From the IMG/VR virus record IMGVR_UViG_3300020455_000006, positions 58,670 to 122,669 of that record: DNA of 64,000 bases, one strand, 5' to 3'. A program made the position numbers and the translations under genes. The DNA comes from a virus. Each line of letters opens with the position of its first letter. Positions within the stretch are counted from its first letter, which is position 1. A model generated the notes under the pieces. That model worked only from the letters and a program-made list of their open reading frames with translations. It ran no database searches and was not told the DNA's origin. Below are positions 7,627 through 15,328 of this stretch, piece by piece.

Positions 7627-8302
7627 TGGTGATTCAGTGACATGGGGTTGTGAGTTGACTGAAAATGATGATGATATGGACTACATCAATAAACATCGTT
7701 ACTCGTCTCTCCTCTCTGCAACTAACATCTCTAAAATATCTAATACAAACGAGCGAATTGTTTGGGACACCATTGAGTATATTGAAAAATATGGTAAACC
7801 AGACTTTGTTATTATACAGTGGGCGAATACTGCTCGCTTTGAATGGTATTCAAAACAGAAGAAAAAATGGATAAAGATCTCTGCAAGACATGTCAGTACT
7901 GATTTCAAGGATTGTCATATAAAAGATAGTGATATGAGAGATGCAGGTTATGCGTGGTTCAGAGATGTTGAGACTAAAGAGTTCAGAGAGATGAATTTTT
8001 GGAGACATGTGCATCATTTAGAGTCATATTTGGGCGACATACCTCATTATTTCTATCTTGCAAAGGGAAATGCTTCTTACAGATCGTCAAAATTGAAGAA
8101 AATGAGAAAAAAATGTTTTTTTGAGGAGCATTCAAAGTGGAAAAACATGCTAGACTATACAGAGATAGTTGGAGACAAAGAAAAAAACCCAGATAACTAC
8201 TGTCAGGGGCAAAAATCTTGGATCGGAAGAGCATATGGACAGCATCTTTCGGAAAAAGGACATCAAATCATGGCAAATTTTCTAAATGAACATATTATTT
8301 AA
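7613..8302 (+). CDS. SGNH-like protein
   Basis: VNGDSVTWG, IIQW..RFE, HLSEKGH. Confidence 0.75.
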   Translation: MILVNGDSVTWGCELTENDDDMDYINKHRYSSLLSATNISKISNTNERIVWDTIEYIEKYGKPDFVIIQWANTARFEWYSKQKKKWIKISARHVSTDFKDCHIKDSDMRDAGYAWFRDVETKEFREMNFWRHVHHLESYLGDIPHYFYLAKGNASYRSSKLKKMRKKCFFEEHSKWKNMLDYTEIVGDKEKNPDNYCQGQKSWIGRAYGQHLSEKGHQIMANFLNEHII

Positions 8303-8837
8303 TGGCGATTCTTGGTGTTGGGGATATTCTCTGGCAAATCGTGATGACAGATACGCTTCAGTGCTTGCAAAAAGGTGGGAAGCAGATTTTACAGACCTTT
8401 CTGACCACGGATGTAGCAATCGTAGGATAGTCAGAACTACAATTGACCATGATGTAAGTAAATATGACCTTGGAATCATTTGTATGACGTTCAAAAACCG
8501 TACAGAATTATTTTTAGACGGTAAATGGGAGCATGTGAATCCTGGTAGAGGTCATGGTAAGATGTTTTTAGACTACTATAAGAACTATTATGAAGAAGAA
8601 TATGGTGAATCTGATGAAATTATATTTCGACAAGCTATAATTGATCATTTTGCAGTAAATAATACAGAATTGTTACTCTTAACAGTATCTAAAGATTCAA
8701 AATTGGGGTATGATTTGAATATAAATACACCCGACATCCCTCTAGGGGTAACAAAACACCCTACAGCAGAGGGGCACCGTATAATTTCTGATCGAATTCA
8801 TGAAACGTTTATTAAAATGGATACGTTTCCGCTATAA
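8286..8837 (+). CDS. SGNH-like protein
   Basis: FNGDSWCWG, GCSNRRI, HPTAEGH. Confidence 0.75.
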   Translation: MNILFNGDSWCWGYSLANRDDRYASVLAKRWEADFTDLSDHGCSNRRIVRTTIDHDVSKYDLGIICMTFKNRTELFLDGKWEHVNPGRGHGKMFLDYYKNYYEEEYGESDEIIFRQAIIDHFAVNNTELLLLTVSKDSKLGYDLNINTPDIPLGVTKHPTAEGHRIISDRIHETFIKMDTFPL

Positions 8838-8883
8838 AATGTGGAAATTACGTCGTGAAGACCCCTACATTTACGAAGAGTAG
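8800..8883 (+). CDS. Small basic peptide (27 aa) ending DPYIY
   Basis: Manual translation MKRLLKWIRFRYKMWKLRREDPYIYEE*; below the ORF-track length cutoff. Confidence 0.65.
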   Translation: MKRLLKWIRFRYKMWKLRREDPYIYEE

Positions 8884-8917
8884 GGCATATATAAAATAGA
8901 ACACACTCAAATCACAT

Positions 8918-9316
8918 ATGCTACTCGCTTCTCCACAGGATTACCTGTATCAGATGAAGGCACAAACGAGATCGGAGGCAAAAAAACGTTGGAAGGATGC
9001 GATAAAGGATAAATGGAACAATGTTTGTGCATATTGTGGAGAAAATCATGATCAAATGACTCTTGATCACATACATCCTCAAGTTCTAGGGGGTACAAAC
9101 GAGACAACAAACGTAATTTGTTGCTGCGAAGACTGTAATCGAGAGAAAGGTCATAAAAATTGGGAAGATTGGTACATAAAACAGTTCTTTTTCACTGAAG
9201 ATCGCTATGATAGAATCAAAGAGTGGCAAAGAGTCAAATCTGAAGGACCTAAAAAGCGTTTAGTACGTGGTTCTAAGGGCTGTAAGACTCGAATCGTTAT
9301 AACCAATGGTAGATGA
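8918..9316 (+). CDS. HNH endonuclease
   Basis: CAYC...TLDHIHP...N...CCEDCNREKG. Confidence 0.9.
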   Translation: MLLASPQDYLYQMKAQTRSEAKKRWKDAIKDKWNNVCAYCGENHDQMTLDHIHPQVLGGTNETTNVICCCEDCNREKGHKNWEDWYIKQFFFTEDRYDRIKEWQRVKSEGPKKRLVRGSKGCKTRIVITNGR

Positions 9317-10413
9317 GACCAAAAATATTATCAACGGATCATTTTATCCGCTTTGATCTTGGGAATTATTGTAATTTGAACTGTCCTACCTGTTTTCGTC
9401 AGGCACAAACAGAACTTTGGAACCGTGATCATCCATATTTAAAAGAACCAGTAAAGAAACACCCATATCTTGATAAAACTCATGTTACTTTAGAACAAGT
9501 CAGGGATTGGTTTCCAGAAGACTTTATGAGAAAAAGGATTGGCACCTTAGTTTTCAATGGAGCTTCATCTGAACCAACATTGAATCCTGAATTTGTGGAG
9601 ATATTGAATTATTTTCATGACTTGGTTCCAAAGATAGAAGTATCTACTCATGGATCAACTCGTAATGAGGATTGGTGGTATAATTTGGGAAAGACTAAGA
9701 TATATCCTCTCTTTTCTATAGACACTTTGACACCAGGTAATGAACTTTATCGGATTGGTGCAAATACAGAAAAAATTAAGAAGAATATAAGGGCGTTTGC
9801 TGATGCTGGCGGAAAGGGTGCTGTCAAACTCATCTTGTTCAAGCATAATCAGCATGAGATTGGTGCATTTCGTGACTTTTGTAGAGACCTTGGACAAGAT
9901 TTTTCAATTAGACCTTCGTATGATTTCTCTGGGGACAAAACCTCTTACGAAGTTACTAATGATGGTAGAACATATACGTTAGAAAAGAACACAACTGAAG
10001 ATTATCAAAGAAATAACCCAAGAAGGTTATCTAATCCAGATCCAAATTCTTTTTGTCATTTGACACTCAAGAAAATGATCATTATACATTCAAATGGATT
10101 GGTATATCCTTGCTGTCATATTGAAGGTGAGTTTTTTCGTATGTATGAAAGGTATTTCACGTATGATAATCCAACACCAAAACCAAGAAAGTATAATGAA
10201 AGGTTATATGACGACATCGTAAGTAAAATTGAAGAGCAGGGTGGTATTACAACTCTGTCTTTGAAGCATCATACCCTAGAAGAGGTGATGACAAGTCCCT
10301 TTTTCGATCATGTTCTCCAAGATTCTTGGGCAGATGGATCAAATCAAACCTGTCTCAATTGTAAGACATGGCAAGCAGAAAAATCTCGTGAAAAGTTTTC
10401 CTATATAAGTTAA
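9313..10413 (+). CDS. Radical SAM protein with SPASM/twitch-like C-terminal domain
   Basis: CNLNCPTC (CxxxCxxC); C-terminal C...GLVYPCC...CLNC. Confidence 0.88.
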   Translation: MRPKILSTDHFIRFDLGNYCNLNCPTCFRQAQTELWNRDHPYLKEPVKKHPYLDKTHVTLEQVRDWFPEDFMRKRIGTLVFNGASSEPTLNPEFVEILNYFHDLVPKIEVSTHGSTRNEDWWYNLGKTKIYPLFSIDTLTPGNELYRIGANTEKIKKNIRAFADAGGKGAVKLILFKHNQHEIGAFRDFCRDLGQDFSIRPSYDFSGDKTSYEVTNDGRTYTLEKNTTEDYQRNNPRRLSNPDPNSFCHLTLKKMIIIHSNGLVYPCCHIEGEFFRMYERYFTYDNPTPKPRKYNERLYDDIVSKIEEQGGITTLSLKHHTLEEVMTSPFFDHVLQDSWADGSNQTCLNCKTWQAEKSREKFSYIS

Positions 10414-10488
10414 TGAAACAAACAGACGACTATAAAGTCACTTTGATGTTGTTTTGTATGTCTAGATTTACTAGAATAATGTGTAAGT

Positions 10489-10656
10489 ATGGATTTTGAC
10501 GTTTACTTAGACAAAAAACTGGTTTTTGATCATCTGACTGAAGAGGAAGCGAATGAAAAACGCAATACCTTTCAAATGATGATCAAAGCAGGTGTAAAAT
10601 CGTGCTATACTGAAGAACAGGTGATTGTAAAACCTCATTTCGATGATACTATTTGA
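10489..10656 (+). CDS. Small hypothetical protein (55 aa)
   Basis: Manual translation MDFDVYLDKKLVFDHLTEEEANEK...; resembles the ORF at 14634. Confidence 0.6.
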   Translation: MDFDVYLDKKLVFDHLTEEEANEKRNTFQMMIKAGVKSCYTEEQVIVKPHFDDTI

Positions 10657-11257
10657 TGGATGTTCATTTACCTTTGGTGATGAACTTGAAAATCCCGAAA
10701 AAGATGCTTTTCCTCACTTAGTTGCCAGAATGGGACTAATGGATGGTGCAAAACCTCGTTTATATACAAGTATTGGTGAATGTGGTAAGAGTAATGACGG
10801 TATATTGAGAACAACCATAAATTTTTGCGAAAATAATCCAGTAACATTAGCAATTATACAATTTACCAATTTTTCACGTAGGGAAGTGATGAATTCTGGA
10901 AAAGATACCTATTTTCGGATTAATGCTGAAAATCCTGATGAGGGATCTCTTGAATATTTCAAACATTTTCAAAATAAGAATGACGATGTTGCAAATTATC
11001 ACAAAAACAAATTTTTATTAGAGAGTTATTTTAAAAAAAGAAATATAAGGTACTTTTTTCTAAATTTACAAAAAATGAAATTAGTAGAGGGATATACTCC
11101 TTCATCTTGGTACCACTTAGCAGATAAATCACCTGTTTCCAATATGAAAACTATATTAGGTGGTAAAAGGTGGCATCCTGAGAATTATATCACTGGTCAC
11201 CCTAATAAAAGGGGTCATCAATTGATTGCACAGCACATATATGAAAATATTTTCTAA
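10643..11257 (+). CDS. SGNH-like protein
   Basis: FDGCSFTFG, GKSNDGI, HPNKRGH. Confidence 0.75.
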   Translation: MILFDGCSFTFGDELENPEKDAFPHLVARMGLMDGAKPRLYTSIGECGKSNDGILRTTINFCENNPVTLAIIQFTNFSRREVMNSGKDTYFRINAENPDEGSLEYFKHFQNKNDDVANYHKNKFLLESYFKKRNIRYFFLNLQKMKLVEGYTPSSWYHLADKSPVSNMKTILGGKRWHPENYITGHPNKRGHQLIAQHIYENIF

Positions 11258-11780
11258 CGGGTCATCTTTTTCTGCAGGTAGGTTCCCTGAGATTGTTGCA
11301 GAAAGAATGAATGCGAGTCTTACCAATATATCGATGGTTGGATATAGTAATCGTTCTGTATGGAGGACAACTATTGAAGAGAGTCCCAAAAATTACGATT
11401 TAGCAATCATACAATTGACATCTTGTTCACGACATGAGTATCATGATGAAAAAAAGTGGGTTGAGATTGGTATTGCACTCAATCACAAGAGATTGACAGA
11501 AAAGAGAAGAAAGATATGGAAATATTGGTATGAGAACATGTATGATGAGGTTTATGGTGATTGTGAAGAGAATTTTGCTATTGAAGGAATAAGTGACTAC
11601 TTTGCAAATCAAAATACACCGTGTATAATAGCGACAACGGATAAGTTCACTAAATCAAAGAAATTTGACTTGAATATCTTTGACTTGAATTTTCCAATGG
11701 ATGAAACTCGACATCCTACCGAAAACGGTCACAAAATTATTGCAGACAAGATTTATGAGATTGCTATTTCTAGGATGTAG
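11241..11780 (+). CDS. SGNH-like protein
   Basis: FSNGSSFSAG, GYSNRS, DETRHPTENGH; start set to the ATG at 11241. Confidence 0.72.
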   Translation: MKIFSNGSSFSAGRFPEIVAERMNASLTNISMVGYSNRSVWRTTIEESPKNYDLAIIQLTSCSRHEYHDEKKWVEIGIALNHKRLTEKRRKIWKYWYENMYDEVYGDCEENFAIEGISDYFANQNTPCIIATTDKFTKSKKFDLNIFDLNFPMDETRHPTENGHKIIADKIYEIAISRM

Positions 11781-12423
11781 TTGGACTGCAGGTGCAGAGT
11801 TGGAAGATGAAGAAAAAACTCGATTTAGCACTTTATTGGGTAAAAACCTAAATGCAGAAGTCGTGAATGTTGCATCTGGTGGATCATCCAATCATAGGAT
11901 TGCCAGATTTTTTTTAAAACAAGATTTAGAGTCATTTGACAAAATAATTGCACAATTGACACTTCCAAGTAGGACTGAGTGGTATGATTCTACAGGTAAT
12001 TTCAATAGAGCGAAAATAAAGGCAAAAATGAATACAAATATGAATTGGGGTAAAAAATGGTATAGAAGGCAACTTCAAAATCTAGGAAAAAAATTTAAAG
12101 GAGAGTGGGATCGAATTCTGGTTGATAAAGAGAGATATTTGGTTACAGGTAATTTACTTGATGGTAAAGAGTGGTGGATACATTATTTTGAAGAGATATA
12201 TCAAGATGAGTATGGTATAACTGAAGAAATGTTGATTTTCAATCTTATAAAGAATAAATTAAAGAGATTGAAAAAAGATCATCTTATATTATCAATAAAT
12301 CCCAAATGCACACTACCTATTGATTTACAACTAAATTTAACAAAATATCCACGAGCAAAAGGTAATCATCCAAATGAAATTGGGCATTCGATGATTGCAT
12401 CTGATATAATGGAGTTATTATGA
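11755..12423 (+). CDS. SGNH-like protein
   Basis: FLGCSWTAG, GGSSNHRI, HPNEIGH; start set to the ATG at 11755. Confidence 0.75.
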   Translation: MRLLFLGCSWTAGAELEDEEKTRFSTLLGKNLNAEVVNVASGGSSNHRIARFFLKQDLESFDKIIAQLTLPSRTEWYDSTGNFNRAKIKAKMNTNMNWGKKWYRRQLQNLGKKFKGEWDRILVDKERYLVTGNLLDGKEWWIHYFEEIYQDEYGITEEMLIFNLIKNKLKRLKKDHLILSINPKCTLPIDLQLNLTKYPRAKGNHPNEIGHSMIASDIMELL

Positions 12424-13811
12424 TTGGTTTTAGCGAAGGTTTTCACGATTCTGCGATTGCAGTCGTAAACAAAGGCAACATACGTTTTGCAACTCATTCA
12501 GAGCGATATTCCAAGAAAAAGCATGATCGTTACTTAGATTGCACCGCATCTTCGACTGCACAGATAATAAACATGGAAGAAGGCAATAATGACATTGCTT
12601 TTTACGAAAAACCGCTTTTAAAGAAAACAAGGCAGTTTTATGCAGGTCAATTCAATACAACCTTCAGTGAAAGGGATTTAGGACTAAAACCAACTCAATA
12701 TTTCCCACATCACCTTTCTCATGCTGCTGCAGCGTTTCAGACCTCTATATTCGAGGAAGCAGCGTGTGTAGTTATTGATAGTATCGGAGAATGGGATTGT
12801 ACGTCTATATGGACTGCAAAGATGGTAGAAGGCAAGGCAAAGTATAAAAAGGTGTGGTCACAGCGATATCCGAACTCCATAGGTCTTTGGTATAGTGCAT
12901 TGACCAAATGGGCAGGTCTGAGACCTTTAGATGAGGAATATATCTTTATGGGTATGGCAGCATTTGGAAAACCTGTTCATATGAATGTTGTAGAGAGATT
13001 GAGACATAGGAACTGTCATAAGGGTGTAAGGATATCTGAACCTTACGATAAGTGCGATATTGCTAAAAGTGCCGAAAGAATACTGCAACTTGAATTGAAT
13101 ACTATATTTGACAAGGCAGCACAGTATAGCGACAACATTTGCTATGGTGGAGGTGTGGCACTCAACTGTGTTTGTAATACTGATTTGAGGGAAATGTATA
13201 ATATGTGGATCATGCCAAATCCTGGTGACGCAGGTGGTGCATTAGGAGCAGCATTGTTATCATATGGAGGTAAGGTAGAATTTTCTCCCTACTTAGGATA
13301 TAATATACAACACTACTGTAATCCAAGGGAAATAGTTGACTGCCTCATCGAAAAAGGAATCGCTGGTGTTGCAAATGGCCGTGCTGAGTTTGGTCCTCGT
13401 GCTCTTGGTAATCGAAGTCTATTGGCGGATCCGAGAAAAATTCAAAACAAAGATAGAGTAAATGAGATAAAGAAGAGACAGAAGTTTAGACCTTTCGCAC
13501 CTGCAGTTTTGGAGGAGCATTGTCAGGACTACTTCGACATGCCTTCCCATTCTAGATACATGTCTTATGTGTATAAGTGTAAGCAACCAAAGGCGATACC
13601 TGCCTGTATACACGTCGATAATAGTGCGAGAGTACAAACGGTGCCTGAGACATCGGAGAGCATCCTGAGACCCATACTGGAGGAGTGGTATAGAAGAACT
13701 GACTGTCCTGTGTTGTTGAATACATCACTCAATATAAAAGGAAAACCTATGGTGAATACTTGGGAAGACGCTGAATTATTTGCTGAAAAATACGATATTG
13801 ACGTGTTCTAA
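12420..13811 (+). CDS. O-carbamoyltransferase (NodU/CmcH family)
   Basis: HDSA, HHLSHAA, GGVALNC, GDAG, EFGPRALGNRS, FRPFAP, HVDNSARVQT, NTSLN. Confidence 0.95.
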   Translation: MIGFSEGFHDSAIAVVNKGNIRFATHSERYSKKKHDRYLDCTASSTAQIINMEEGNNDIAFYEKPLLKKTRQFYAGQFNTTFSERDLGLKPTQYFPHHLSHAAAAFQTSIFEEAACVVIDSIGEWDCTSIWTAKMVEGKAKYKKVWSQRYPNSIGLWYSALTKWAGLRPLDEEYIFMGMAAFGKPVHMNVVERLRHRNCHKGVRISEPYDKCDIAKSAERILQLELNTIFDKAAQYSDNICYGGGVALNCVCNTDLREMYNMWIMPNPGDAGGALGAALLSYGGKVEFSPYLGYNIQHYCNPREIVDCLIEKGIAGVANGRAEFGPRALGNRSLLADPRKIQNKDRVNEIKKRQKFRPFAPAVLEEHCQDYFDMPSHSRYMSYVYKCKQPKAIPACIHVDNSARVQTVPETSESILRPILEEWYRRTDCPVLLNTSLNIKGKPMVNTWEDAELFAEKYDIDVF

Positions 13812-13848
13812 ATAAACCAGTATAATGAATTGACAGCGATCATTTGTA

Positions 13849-14604
13849 ATGGCAAAAGGATTCAAGGTGGTTTCGTCTGCACCTAAAACAGATGAAAAGA
13901 AGGAATTTTCTATTGAGAACGCTAGACCACTTATCAAAGGGAAGAGCATAGTATTCTGTCTACCAGGTCGAGGAGTATCATACGTTTACTTGAAAAATTT
14001 TGTATCTCTCTGTTTTGAGTTAGTGCAGCAGGGTGCAAGTATACAGATATCACAAGACTATTCATCTATGGTAAACTTTGCCCGATGTAAGTGTCTAGGT
14101 GCAAACGTATTACGAGGACCTGATCAGATACCTTGGGATGGTAAACTCAAGTATGATTATCAGTTATGGATTGATAGTGATATAGTATTTGGTATTGAGC
14201 AGTTCTATCGTCTTGTATGGATGGACAAAGATCTTGCAGGTGGTTGGTATGTAACTGAGGATGGTCGTACAACATCATGTGCTCATTGGATGGAAGAGAA
14301 CGATTTCAAAGAGAATGGTGGTGTGATGAATCATGAGATGGTTGATGGAATTGTCAAGAGACGCAAACCTTTCACTGTTGACTATACAGGGTTTGGATGG
14401 TTACTTATTAAGAATGGTGTATTTGAAAATGAGCAAATGAAGTACCCTTGGTTCGCTCCTCAGATGCAAGTATTCGAGTCAGGAGAAGTGCAAGACATGT
14501 GTGGTGAAGATGTTTCTTTCTGTCTTGATGCGATCAAGGCGGGTTATGAAATATGGATAGATCCTAAGTGTAGAGTTGGTCATGAGAAAACTAGAATTTT
14601 ATAA
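13849..14604 (+). CDS. Conserved cyanophage glycosyltransferase-like (GT-A) protein
   Basis: WIDSD (DxD), GFG, GEDVSFC, VGHEK; CTAAATA late promoter at 13808. Confidence 0.8.
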   Translation: MAKGFKVVSSAPKTDEKKEFSIENARPLIKGKSIVFCLPGRGVSYVYLKNFVSLCFELVQQGASIQISQDYSSMVNFARCKCLGANVLRGPDQIPWDGKLKYDYQLWIDSDIVFGIEQFYRLVWMDKDLAGGWYVTEDGRTTSCAHWMEENDFKENGGVMNHEMVDGIVKRRKPFTVDYTGFGWLLIKNGVFENEQMKYPWFAPQMQVFESGEVQDMCGEDVSFCLDAIKAGYEIWIDPKCRVGHEKTRIL

Positions 14605-14633
14605 ATGGTTACAAATAATGTACAAATCTAAAA

Positions 14634-14807
14634 ATGGCAGCAAAGTACGATATATACGTTGGGGATAAAAAGGTTCACTCTTCAATCCATGAAGAAGAAA
14701 TGATGGACATCACGCAAACTTTTGCAGATGACTTTTATTCGGTGGGCACACCCCATCCTGATGATGTACGAGTTGAGTATTTGGGCGATGATACAGAAGA
14801 CGAGTAA
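14634..14807 (+). CDS. Small acidic hypothetical protein (57 aa)
   Basis: Manual translation MAAKYDIYVGDKKVHSSIHEEEMMDITQTFADDFY... Confidence 0.7.
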   Translation: MAAKYDIYVGDKKVHSSIHEEEMMDITQTFADDFYSVGTPHPDDVRVEYLGDDTEDE

Positions 14808-14855
14808 AATCCGACAGAAACCTGGCTACGGAGAGTTTATTAGTCTTTTTTTCAT

Positions 14856-14881
14856 AAGGGAGTCGAAAGACTCCCTTTTTT
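14856..14881 (+). terminator. Intrinsic terminator
   Basis: AAGGGAGTC-GAAA-GACTCCCTT plus T tract; separates the enzyme island from the baseplate operon. Confidence 0.88.
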
Positions 14882-14888
14882 ATTGCCT

Positions 14889-14903
14889 CTAAATAGATAA
14901 ATA
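14889..14903 (+). promoter_or_regulatory. T4-type late promoter(s)
   Basis: CTAAATA and ATAAATA in tandem before gp25. The same motif occurs at 25598, 28750, 37680, 38397, 41669, 43885, 46080, 48911, 52619, 56057/56073, 58975, 60677 and 62176. Confidence 0.75.
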
Positions 14904-14923
14904 CACGAGATCGTAGTAAAATA

Positions 14924-15328
14924 GTGCCAGTTCAAAGAACATCTAAAGGTTTCAAAGATATTTCGCTTTCATTCAAGCGTCATCCAATAACCAATGATGT
15001 GCTTCCTCTCAAAAATGAGGATGCTATCAAGAGGGCAGTTCAAAATTTGGTTAGAATACACGTAGGAGAAGTATTCTTCAATGAATTGATTGGAACAAGA
15101 GTAGAACAAGCACTTTTTGAATTAGCAAATGATGATTTTATTGACCCAATAAAAAATGAAATCGAGACTGTGATAACAAACTATGAACCAAGAGTCTTGC
15201 TTAGAAGAGTAGTATTAAATTCTTTTCCTGATGAAAATGCTATTGATATCAATATAAATTATGACATTGTGGGTCTATCTACTCCTACACAATCGCTAAA
15301 CTTTATCTTAGAACCAACTAGGTTATAA
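14924..15328 (+). CDS. gp25: Baseplate wedge subunit gp25
   Basis: FKDISLSF, NEDAIKRAVQNL, NYEPRV; precedes gp6. Confidence 0.92.
   Translation: MPVQRTSKGFKDISLSFKRHPITNDVLPLKNEDAIKRAVQNLVRIHVGEVFFNELIGTRVEQALFELANDDFIDPIKNEIETVITNYEPRVLLRRVVLNSFPDENAIDININYDIVGLSTPTQSLNFILEPTRL

Noticed and set aside
6991-13811. Saxitoxin-like toxin biosynthesis
   Set aside because: Only generic tailoring families are present; there are no sxtA- or sxtG-type core genes.
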